From assembly GCA_964491115.1 (NCBI GenBank), contig CAZBEW010000003.1, forward strand, positions 23,026 to 87,025: a stretch of 64,000 bases of DNA, given 5' to 3'. This stretch comes from an uncultured Pseudomonadales bacterium (lineage in GTDB: Bacteria; Patescibacteriota; Microgenomatia; UBA1400; PJMF01). The translations under genes were made by a program, and so were the position numbers. Of the stretch, positions 10,142 to 17,847 are shown piece after piece; position 1 is the first letter of the stretch; each line of letters begins with the position of its first letter. The notes beneath the pieces are model-generated. The model was not told the origin of the DNA, did not search any database, and saw nothing but the letters and a program-made list of their open reading frames with translations.

Positions 10142-10555
10142 TCGCAATCTAAACAACAATCTTTGCCAGACGATAAATAATCGCTTATCAAAATAGCTAA
10201 GTTCACGATTTGTTTTTGATTTAGAAACAGCTAGGCCAACAAAGTCTTTTTTAGCAACTGGATCAAAATCAGCAACACTCAAATTATCACCCATGGTCAC
10301 CAACTTAATGCTAGGCTTGTTTTTTGTATATAGTTTTTTAATAACTCGGTGAATAATTAAATTTTTGTCAAAAGCTCGATAAAAACAAATTATGTCTCCA
10401 GTTTGAATTCTGGCAAACTGAGTTTTCTCCACCCAAACATTATCTCCGATTAAAAACAATGGCGCCATGCTATCACTTTTTATTTTTACTTGAAACATCG
10501 CGCCAATTGGTAAATTTAAAAATAATTTTGCAGAATTCAAAGTTTTTTTATTCAT
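10118..10555 (-). CDS. Soluble S24/S26-family peptidase (Sec11/SipW-type Ser-His)
   Basis: SDSMAP, GDIICF, IIHRVI and TMGDN..D motifs; no TM anchor. Confidence 0.8.
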   Translation of the reverse strand: MNKKTLNSAKLFLNLPIGAMFQVKIKSDSMAPLFLIGDNVWVEKTQFARIQTGDIICFYRAFDKNLIIHRVIKKLYTKNKPSIKLVTMGDNLSVADFDPVAKKDFVGLAVSKSKTNRELSYFDKRLFIVWQRLLFRLRLLNNFFD

Positions 10556-11261
10556 TTTTTAGCATGATTAGCTTGTTGCAGTTTTCTTTTAAATATTGAA
10601 GGTTGTGACTAACTAACAAAAGTGTTGCTCCATTAGCAAACATTTCCTTCATTAATCGATTGGTTTTTTTTCTAAAATTTTCGTCACCCATGCTAATTAC
10701 TTCGTCCAATAATAGAATATCTGGCTCGGCGTGAACAGCAATACTAAAACCTAAGCGCAAGCGCATACCACTGGAATAAGTGTACAAGGGTGCAGTAATA
10801 AAATCGCCAATATCGGCAAAATCAATAATCTGCTTGAGTTTTTGTTCAATTTCTGTTTTTGACATACCCACAATTAGGCCATTTAAAAATATATTTTCTT
10901 GGCCAGTTAAGTCGGGGTGAAAACCAGCATCTAGGCTAATGAGAGAAACAATTTTACCTTTTGTTTGAACCGTCCCACTGGTTGGCTCACAAATACCGGC
11001 AATAATTTTCAACAAAGTGGTTTTGCCAGCTCCATTAGGCCCATAAAAGCCCACTTTTTCTCCCTTATGAATTGTTAAATTCACATCTTTGAGTGCCCAA
11101 AATTCTTCTTTTTTTTGGAAATGTATCATTCGACTCACATCTTCTGCAAGAGTCGGTTTTTCATGGGTGATGGTATATTTTTTGCTAATATTAGATAAAG
11201 AAATTACCACCTCATCGCTGATTTTTTTTCTTCGAATAATTGTTTCTGTTATTATTGTCAT
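10548..11261 (-). CDS. wzt: Polysaccharide ABC exporter ATP-binding subunit (Wzt/TagH-like)
   Basis: GPNGAGKTT, YSSGMRLRLGF and LLLDE motifs. Confidence 0.93.
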   Translation of the reverse strand: MTIITETIIRRKKISDEVVISLSNISKKYTITHEKPTLAEDVSRMIHFQKKEEFWALKDVNLTIHKGEKVGFYGPNGAGKTTLLKIIAGICEPTSGTVQTKGKIVSLISLDAGFHPDLTGQENIFLNGLIVGMSKTEIEQKLKQIIDFADIGDFITAPLYTYSSGMRLRLGFSIAVHAEPDILLLDEVISMGDENFRKKTNRLMKEMFANGATLLLVSHNLQYLKENCNKLIMLKNE

Positions 11262-11273
11262 TTGAATCCAAAA

Positions 11274-12080
11274 TTATAGCCAATCGTCAAAGTTTTTACT
11301 TTCTTTTTTAAATACTCGCAGACCCAAATAAAAAACACAAATAATGATCACAACCGCTACCCAAATAAAGTTTGGCAAAGTTATAGGCAAACCCATCAGC
11401 GCATAATGGAACATCTCAATAATAGCTGTCATTGGATTTAAATAGAAAAGCGGTTGTAAAAATTCTGGCAATAAATTTAGTGCATAAACTACTGGTGTCG
11501 CATAAAACCACAGCATGACAGCCAGGGCCACCATAAAATTAACATCGCGAAAGCGCACATTGAGGGAAGAAGTAAATAAAGAAAAACCAACGGTAAAAAA
11601 AACTAATAATAATATGGCTGGTATTACCCACAGCATTCTCAACACGTAAAACAGCAATTGCATTAACCCATAACCCTCCAGCAATAACTTATCGCCAATT
11701 AGCACCACAATTAACAAAAGCAGGGCTACTGCAAAATGAAAAAGATTGGAAAAAATAATTGATAAGACAATGCTTTCTCTGGGAAATTTGGCCTTTTTAA
11801 TTAGACTTCCTTCATAAAAAAAAGCTGGAGTGGTTTTTGTTAAACTTTGCGCAAAAAAATTCCAAGGTAAAAGTCCAGCAAATAAATATAAAAAATAATT
11901 ATCAACCTTGACCGGCACAAAAAATTGGAAAACAAAACCCATCACCAACATTTGTAATAATGGATTTAACACAACCCATAAAAAACCAAAACTAGCCCTT
12001 TTATATCGAGCCTTAATTTCCTTTTGGGTCATGGCAGACAAAAAATCCAACCAATGGCGCTGTTTTTTGCTTAACTTCAT
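11274..12080 (-). CDS. wzm: Polysaccharide ABC exporter permease (Wzm/TagG-like)
   Basis: EIKARYKR..GFLWVVLNPL, FRDV, FYATPVVY and LNP motifs. Confidence 0.92.
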   Translation of the reverse strand: MKLSKKQRHWLDFLSAMTQKEIKARYKRASFGFLWVVLNPLLQMLVMGFVFQFFVPVKVDNYFLYLFAGLLPWNFFAQSLTKTTPAFFYEGSLIKKAKFPRESIVLSIIFSNLFHFAVALLLLIVVLIGDKLLLEGYGLMQLLFYVLRMLWVIPAILLLVFFTVGFSLFTSSLNVRFRDVNFMVALAVMLWFYATPVVYALNLLPEFLQPLFYLNPMTAIIEMFHYALMGLPITLPNFIWVAVVIIICVFYLGLRVFKKESKNFDDWL

Positions 12081-12213
12081 AAACAATTTAATTGCTCTTT
12101 TTCTCTTAAAACACTCAAATAATAACATAAAAAAACATTAAGACTATCTTTAATTAACTTTTTCGATAAAATATTTGCATATTACCGGGCTTATCCACAA
12201 TGAGCAGCAGCAA

Positions 12214-12867
12214 ATGAAAAATTACAACTTTATTCATCATAGTTTTAAGGGTTTTTTGAAATCCTTTATCGATCTAATTTTAGCTTTAGTCGTTTTATGT
12301 GTTTTGTTGCCTTTTTTCATTATTTTTTGGCCAATTATGATTTGGCAAATTGGTTCACCAATTATTTTTAAACAAAAAAGAACTGGAAAAAATGGAAAAG
12401 TTTTTACCATTTATAAATTTCGTACTATGGTAAAAAATGCAGAATTAATCCGCGCAAAAAATCGGGCTAAGCTTTCTAAATTAAATTATGCCCCACTACC
12501 AATGTTTAAAATTGGTGACGATCCGCGTTTTATTAAATTTGGCAAATTCTTATCTCGCAGCGGTTTAGACGAACTTCCGCAGCTAATTAACATTATTAAA
12601 GGAGAAATGTCCTTAATTGGACCGAGACCGTTACCAGTTGCTGAAGCTAATTCTTTAAAAGATATTGATTACGACTGGTATACTTGGAGACATCAAGTTA
12701 AACCCGGTTTATTCTCACTGTGGGTTTTAGATGATAAAAGACATCAAGATCTGAAAACCTGGAAAAAATTAGAAAGAGAAACGTTAAAACTTAATCTGAT
12801 TCAGCAATATTTATTAATTTTTAAAGTAATTTTTTTACAATTACAAAGAATTTTGCAATTTAATTAA
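12214..12867 (+). CDS. Priming sugar (phosphoglycosyl) transferase
   Basis: IFKQKRTG, IYKFRTM, DDPR and LDELPQLINIIKGEMSLIGPRP motifs. Confidence 0.92.
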   Translation: MKNYNFIHHSFKGFLKSFIDLILALVVLCVLLPFFIIFWPIMIWQIGSPIIFKQKRTGKNGKVFTIYKFRTMVKNAELIRAKNRAKLSKLNYAPLPMFKIGDDPRFIKFGKFLSRSGLDELPQLINIIKGEMSLIGPRPLPVAEANSLKDIDYDWYTWRHQVKPGLFSLWVLDDKRHQDLKTWKKLERETLKLNLIQQYLLIFKVIFLQLQRILQFN

Positions 12868-12989
12868 TCATTTTTAAAAATAAACAAAAATAAATACCGT
12901 ATCTTTACAATTAATTGCTACTTGCCTAAGATAGTAAAAATGTATTATGCTTAATTATTAGCAATTTGTGATTGTGTATTTAATAACAT

Positions 12990-14303
12990 ATGTCTGATCT
13001 AAGCAACTTTCTACCCAAAAACCATCTAAAAACTCCAGCAGAAGATGAAATGATCAAACCCATTAGTTCTCTAAATATACCCAAGAATGATCTTCCTCAG
13101 AATTCTACAGTGGGTGGAGGTGCTGGCAATTTAGCAAATAATGATTTAGTAGCAAACAGCGCTTCTTCAGATAATAAGCTTGCAGAAACAAACACTGCTG
13201 GAGAAAAAAATGGAGGAAAAGCTACAAAAAAATTCCAAATAAAATCAGCATCCAAGAAAAAAAATATCCTTCTATTGTTGGCATTACTGTTTCTTTTGGT
13301 CGGCAGTGGAGCTGGCTTACTGTTAATGAGACAGCGTCAAGATACGAGGCAAGAAGCTTACCTAATCTCTATAACTCCAAGCCCCTCTCCTCGTACAACC
13401 CAGCCTCCTGGCGGAGGTGGTTTTTGTGGCCCAAGTGCTTATGGCACTTATTGTGAGGCTTGTCGTACTCGTCCAGGCGGTTGCACAGAAGATGAGCGCT
13501 GGTATGGAAACTGTGTTCTAATTTATTGCCCTAATGGCAATCCAACTGGACAAGGTTGTCATGAAAATGATCCTGATGCATATTGGAAATTTGGTACTTG
13601 TACTAGTTTGCTAAGCGAAGCACGCAACAATCCAGAAGTGCCTGGTTGTTGGCAAGTAGACACTGTTGATAAGAAAAATGTATATTGTCATGTGATGGGC
13701 TGTACAAGTTATGAGCACGATTTAAGTAGATGTGGCAAAACAACACCAACACCACCAACCGTGCCACCAACAGCAATCCCGCCAACAACGATACCACCGA
13801 CCAGGCCACCAACACCAGGAGTTTCAACAACGGTGCAACCGACTGTAACGCCAACAGTGGTGCCTACCAGGCCACCAACACCAGGAGTTTCAACAACGGT
13901 GCCACCAACTGTAACACCAACAACAGTGCCTCCAACAGTAACCGGGACACTGGCTCCAACATCAACTGGTACTCCTGCACCTACAACTGAGCCAACAAAA
14001 GATCCAACATCTGTTCCAAGCACTCCTACACCAATAATTACGCAAGTGATTACTACTGTTGGCTGTAATGAAGCCTGTAAAGAAAACGCCGACTGTGCCA
14101 ATATCAGTCACATTTGTTATGAGGGTTTTTGTCGCCTAGATGTAAACCCAACTGACGTTAATTGTCGACTAGCTGATGGTGGCAATGTTATAGAAAGAGC
14201 TGTAACTGTGCCAACCGAATCTGGTTTTGCCGACTGGTTTAACTTCATTAAAGTTGGCTTTGGCATTCTTGGCTTAGGAGCTTTATTACTACTGCTTCTA
14301 TAA
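12990..14303 (+). CDS. Surface protein: internal TM, Cys-rich domain, Pro/Thr linker, second Cys knot, C-terminal PTESG plus hydrophobic tail
   Basis: Read directly from the translation. Confidence 0.75.
   Translation: MSDLSNFLPKNHLKTPAEDEMIKPISSLNIPKNDLPQNSTVGGGAGNLANNDLVANSASSDNKLAETNTAGEKNGGKATKKFQIKSASKKKNILLLLALLFLLVGSGAGLLLMRQRQDTRQEAYLISITPSPSPRTTQPPGGGGFCGPSAYGTYCEACRTRPGGCTEDERWYGNCVLIYCPNGNPTGQGCHENDPDAYWKFGTCTSLLSEARNNPEVPGCWQVDTVDKKNVYCHVMGCTSYEHDLSRCGKTTPTPPTVPPTAIPPTTIPPTRPPTPGVSTTVQPTVTPTVVPTRPPTPGVSTTVPPTVTPTTVPPTVTGTLAPTSTGTPAPTTEPTKDPTSVPSTPTPIITQVITTVGCNEACKENADCANISHICYEGFCRLDVNPTDVNCRLADGGNVIERAVTVPTESGFADWFNFIKVGFGILGLGALLLLLL
13800..13902 (+). repeat. 37-bp exact direct repeat with 66-bp period, encoding TRPPTPGVSTTV
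   Basis: accaggccaccaacaccaggagtttcaacaacggtgc at 13800-13836 and 13866-13902. Confidence 0.9.
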
Positions 14304-14408
14304 TCTATAAATTGCTGCTTTTATCTTTTATAGAAAAGAAAGCTTTATAGTTTATAGAAAATTGGCAAATAAGTTTTCTCCAGTTGTTTGCTATAATGCA
14401 TATCAAGC

Positions 14409-14485
14409 GCGTGTGTAGCTCAATCGGTTAGAGCTCCAAGCTTATACCTTGGCGGTTTTAGGTTCGAGTCCTAACACACGCACCA
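14409..14485 (+). tRNA. tRNA-Ile with UAU anticodon (reads AUA)
   Basis: Full cloverleaf: GCGTGTG/CACACGC acceptor, GCTC/GAGC D-stem, CCAAG-CTTATAC-CTTGG anticodon arm (TAT at 14443-14445), TTAGG-TTCGAGT-CCTAA T-arm, A73 and encoded CCA. TGCTATAAT promoter at 14389-14397. Confidence 0.92.
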
Positions 14486-14487
14486 TT

Positions 14488-14937
14488 ATGAAATTGCTGT
14501 CCAATTTTTTTAAAATATTGTTGGTTTGTGTGCTTTTATTAGTGCTAAGTCTTTTTCTTTATCAAAAAGGTTGGCTCAAAAGTCATCCCCTACAGGATCA
14601 ACTTGCCCAATTTCAGGAGGGAAAGATAAAAAGCCCTGCTGATTTCATTAATTCGTTTAAGAAACAAGACGAACTCAACTTAGAATTGGATCAATTAAGC
14701 AGCAACGCTGGCGAGCAAATTAAGATTACCACTCAAAAAGCTATTGAAGCGGGAAAAGTCGCCCAAGAATTTATTGCTGGATCAATTAAAACTGATGAAT
14801 CATCAGATAAAAACTTAGGAGAAAAAGCTTTTGAATATGGCCAATATGTTTATTGCAGAGCTGTTGTAGATGATTGGGAGCAACAACTTGAGAAAAATAA
14901 CTCTACAACTGAGACACAAGATGCTGAGACACAATGA
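14488..14937 (+). CDS. Hypothetical single-TM protein
   Basis: ATG 2 nt after the tRNA CCA; N-terminal hydrophobic helix. Confidence 0.7.
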   Translation: MKLLSNFFKILLVCVLLLVLSLFLYQKGWLKSHPLQDQLAQFQEGKIKSPADFINSFKKQDELNLELDQLSSNAGEQIKITTQKAIEAGKVAQEFIAGSIKTDESSDKNLGEKAFEYGQYVYCRAVVDDWEQQLEKNNSTTETQDAETQ

Positions 14938-14940
14938 GCA

Positions 14941-15741
14941 TTAACGAATACTCGTCCCCACACAGTCTCGATTTGTCAGTGCCCAATATAAATTGTCTTG
15001 CAACATCCCAGAGATGATCATTGATTCAATGCCCTTTTTTGCAAGATTTAATGATTCTTCAATTTTTAAACCCATGCCTCCAGTGACATCAAAACCTCTG
15101 GTGCGATGCAAATCTTGACTAACTTTGGTCCAATTTTGGGCAGTAATTTCTGGCACGATTTGGCCAGTTTTATCTAAAAATCCAGCCACTTCAGTGACGT
15201 GGATAATTTTATTTACCTGAATTTTTTGTTCTAAAAAATAGGGAGCAAGAAAAGCTAAAATTTCTTCAGTCGACCAAATAGTGCAACCCTGCTCTTTGTC
15301 AACTAAAACATCGCCACAAGTAACCGGTAATAAGCCTTTTCGTAAATATTCATTAATCACCTCGGCACAAAAAGCAGCCTTTTTCCTTTTCTTAGTGACA
15401 ATGGTATTACTAGCATAAAAAGAGACAGCAGGTAAATTATGTTTGAGAAATTCATGAACCACCAAACGATTGAGAGTGGCAGCGCTATCTTGGACAATGG
15501 CCATACCCAATAAGCTTTCTTCATTGATAAAACCAGCCATCGTTTGATATTTACTAGCAGGCACATGAGCAAAACTGCCTTGACCATGCCCAACAAGCAA
15601 TAATTGATCTGGGTTTTCCTGTTTAGCGCGAGCAATTTCTCCAACCAAGCGTGTTAGAATGTTTTTTCTCAGCGACATGGGAATTTCTTTATCAGTAATT
15701 ACCGAGCCGCCAAGTTTAATTAGAGTCAAATTTTTTAGCAC
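14941..15741 (-). CDS. ipk: Isopentenyl phosphate kinase (amino-acid kinase fold)
   Basis: LIKLGGSVITDK, GHGQGSFAH (IPK signature His) and DVTGGMGLK motifs. Confidence 0.88.
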   Translation of the reverse strand: MLKNLTLIKLGGSVITDKEIPMSLRKNILTRLVGEIARAKQENPDQLLLVGHGQGSFAHVPASKYQTMAGFINEESLLGMAIVQDSAATLNRLVVHEFLKHNLPAVSFYASNTIVTKKRKKAAFCAEVINEYLRKGLLPVTCGDVLVDKEQGCTIWSTEEILAFLAPYFLEQKIQVNKIIHVTEVAGFLDKTGQIVPEITAQNWTKVSQDLHRTRGFDVTGGMGLKIEESLNLAKKGIESMIISGMLQDNLYWALTNRDCVGTSIR

Positions 15742-15758
15742 TGCTACCTTTTTTTAAA

Positions 15759-16655
15759 TTAGTTAAGTAATTTAGTATCTTGATAATAGTTGGTCACTTC
15801 TTCTTGAGGAATTTTTCCTTCTTCTGCTAAAAAAAGCAGTGCTGCTGGTAAGAAATCTAAAACAGCCAAGGTGGCTTTACGAATTTCCCTTTGATCTATT
15901 TCTGACAAATCCTGAAATGAATAAAGTCGCCAGCCTTCTCGTTCGATTTTTGCCAAATCGCCCTCATCAATTAAAATCGCTAGCACAAAAACCATAAAAT
16001 CATACAAGGCCTTGTTTTGCTTATTTTCGCCGATTGGCCGAATTTGTTCGATATTAAATGAAGATTTAGAAAATAAATGCACTTTGTCTTCTAAATCCGC
16101 AACCGATAAACCTGGAACTTCCTCTTCCATTTCTCTCAACATACTCAAGTATAAAGCATTAACAAAAGCTGGTGGCAAATCCCTAAAATCTAGTGAAGCA
16201 TAATTTTCACTGTTATGTAAAAAATCCAACACCACTGTAGATTCTCCATTGTCAACTTTTCCGGTGACAGTATTGATGCCAGTTGGTTTTGTAAAAATAT
16301 CTCGGCCAAAATTTATTGAGCTAGGATCAATCCAAGAATTTTGACTGTTTTTGTCTTCAGGAAAAATCACTCTTTCTCGTTTTTTACTGTCATCATCGGA
16401 TAAATTACTTTCAACATCGTCAAACAATAATATTTTTAAACCCGTTTCGGTGGCAACAAAAGTGAGTGCACCAACACCTACTGCTTTGGAGCGAAAAGCA
16501 AGCTCTTCTTTCATTGAAGAATTGCAGGCTGTGCAGACAGGGCGATCTGGTGGAAATATTTTTGCACCACAAACAGGACAAACGGCTAATTTTAACTCGC
16601 CTTCACTATTGCCATAGCGCGTTTTTTGCAAGCGCCAGTGTCTTGGAACTTCCAT
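15759..16655 (-). CDS. DUF35-N-type Zn-ribbon fused to a Nudix-like domain
   Basis: MEVPRHWRL..RY, CPVCG..FPP...CTAC; split Nudix box GKVDNGE...REMEEE. Confidence 0.6.
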   Translation of the reverse strand: MEVPRHWRLQKTRYGNSEGELKLAVCPVCGAKIFPPDRPVCTACNSSMKEELAFRSKAVGVGALTFVATETGLKILLFDDVESNLSDDDSKKRERVIFPEDKNSQNSWIDPSSINFGRDIFTKPTGINTVTGKVDNGESTVVLDFLHNSENYASLDFRDLPPAFVNALYLSMLREMEEEVPGLSVADLEDKVHLFSKSSFNIEQIRPIGENKQNKALYDFMVFVLAILIDEGDLAKIEREGWRLYSFQDLSEIDQREIRKATLAVLDFLPAALLFLAEEGKIPQEEVTNYYQDTKLLN

Positions 16656-16689
16656 GATAATTCATTAGTCGGAATTCTGTCAGAAATCA

Positions 16690-16710
16690 CGCAAATTTAG
16701 TTAATTTGCG
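16690..16710. promoter_or_regulatory. Perfect 8-bp inverted repeat (candidate operator) between divergent isoprenoid genes
   Basis: CGCAAATT-TAGTT-AATTTGCG. Confidence 0.4.
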
Positions 16711-16731
16711 CTTTCATAGTATGATATCTAC

Positions 16732-17838
16732 ATGACTAAACATGACCTTGTTCTTGACGAATATAAAAGCCACATCGCACAGTATTTAACTCATTTTTTA
16801 GCCCAAAAGAAGCAATCTTTTGCCCAAATTAGCCTAGACGACGATGTTTTCAAGACTATTAAAAATTTTGCTTTACGAGGAAAAATGGCTCGAGCCCACT
16901 TATTAATTCTGACTTATCAAGCATTTGGCAACAAAATTGACAAAAAATCCTTGGAAAAATGGCTTTTGCCACTGGCTAGTGCTCTAGAACTGATTCAAGC
17001 TGGTTTATTAATTCACGACGATATTATTGACCAAGATCAACAGCGTCGAGGTCAAGACTCCATTTGGCAATATTACACTTTACAAAAACAGCCAGCTGAC
17101 CAGCATTATGGAAAAAGTCAGGCTATCTGTTTAGGAGATTTGTGTTTTTTTCTTGCGAATCAACTAGTCAATGAGGGCGTGGTGAATTTGCAATTGATGA
17201 CAAATTCAAAAAAAACTTCAGCACTTGATTCTGTATCCATAAAAATTCAAGAATTAATTAATCGGGAAATTAGTCAAGTAATCATGGCCGAAATGCTTGA
17301 TGTGCAATTGGCTGCCGAAGACAAAGTGCCTTCGCTACAGCAAATCACCGAAATGAATCTTTATAAAACCGCTAGATACAGTTTTTCACTGCCTTTCATG
17401 CTGGCTGCTTATGCCGCAAGACAAAGCCATGCAAACATCGAGCAACTAAGCAAAATCGGCGAAAAACTTGGTTTAATTTTTCAAATTCAGGATGATTATT
17501 TGGGAATTTTTGGAGATGAAAAAATTACTGGTAAACCAATCCTTTCTGATGTTAGAGAAGGAAAAAAAACAATCTTTTACTATTATTTAGTGAAAAGCAA
17601 AAAGTTGAACGCTCATGAAAAGAAACTATTAGACCGCTGTTTTGGCGCAGCTTCTATCAATAAAAAAAATGTGGTGGCAGTGCAAGCAATGTTTCAAGTT
17701 CACGCCCTTAATCAAGTTACGAGCTTGCTTGATCAACTAAAGCAAGAAACCATTAAAGATATTGAGCAATTGGAGAATCAAGACTTACAAATATTACTAA
17801 CAAAGCTTTTAAACACGCTCCAGCACCGTCAGAAGTGA
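16732..17838 (+). CDS. Polyprenyl diphosphate synthase (IspA/GGPPS family)
   Basis: LIHDDIID..RRG, YKTARYSF, FQIQDDYL and SDVREGK motifs. Confidence 0.92.
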   Translation: MTKHDLVLDEYKSHIAQYLTHFLAQKKQSFAQISLDDDVFKTIKNFALRGKMARAHLLILTYQAFGNKIDKKSLEKWLLPLASALELIQAGLLIHDDIIDQDQQRRGQDSIWQYYTLQKQPADQHYGKSQAICLGDLCFFLANQLVNEGVVNLQLMTNSKKTSALDSVSIKIQELINREISQVIMAEMLDVQLAAEDKVPSLQQITEMNLYKTARYSFSLPFMLAAYAARQSHANIEQLSKIGEKLGLIFQIQDDYLGIFGDEKITGKPILSDVREGKKTIFYYYLVKSKKLNAHEKKLLDRCFGAASINKKNVVAVQAMFQVHALNQVTSLLDQLKQETIKDIEQLENQDLQILLTKLLNTLQHRQK

Positions 17839-17847
17839 TAAAAACGG

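Noticed and set aside
12191-12199. Perfect DnaA box TTATCCACA between wzm and the sugar transferase
   Set aside because: A single isolated 9-mer, plausible by chance; no cluster or trios.
13740-14040. CRISPR-like or mobile repeat, and the overlapping ORFs 13603-13854, 13709-14101 and 13730-13990
   Set aside because: The repeats are in-frame Pro/Thr codons of the surface protein; the other ORFs are low-complexity shadows.
14409-14485. tRNA as an integration site for an island
   Set aside because: I found no duplicate of its 3' end and no integrase in the window.
14449-14487. ORF-track N-terminal extension MAVLGSSPNTRTI
   Set aside because: It overlaps the tRNA; the real start is ATG 14488.
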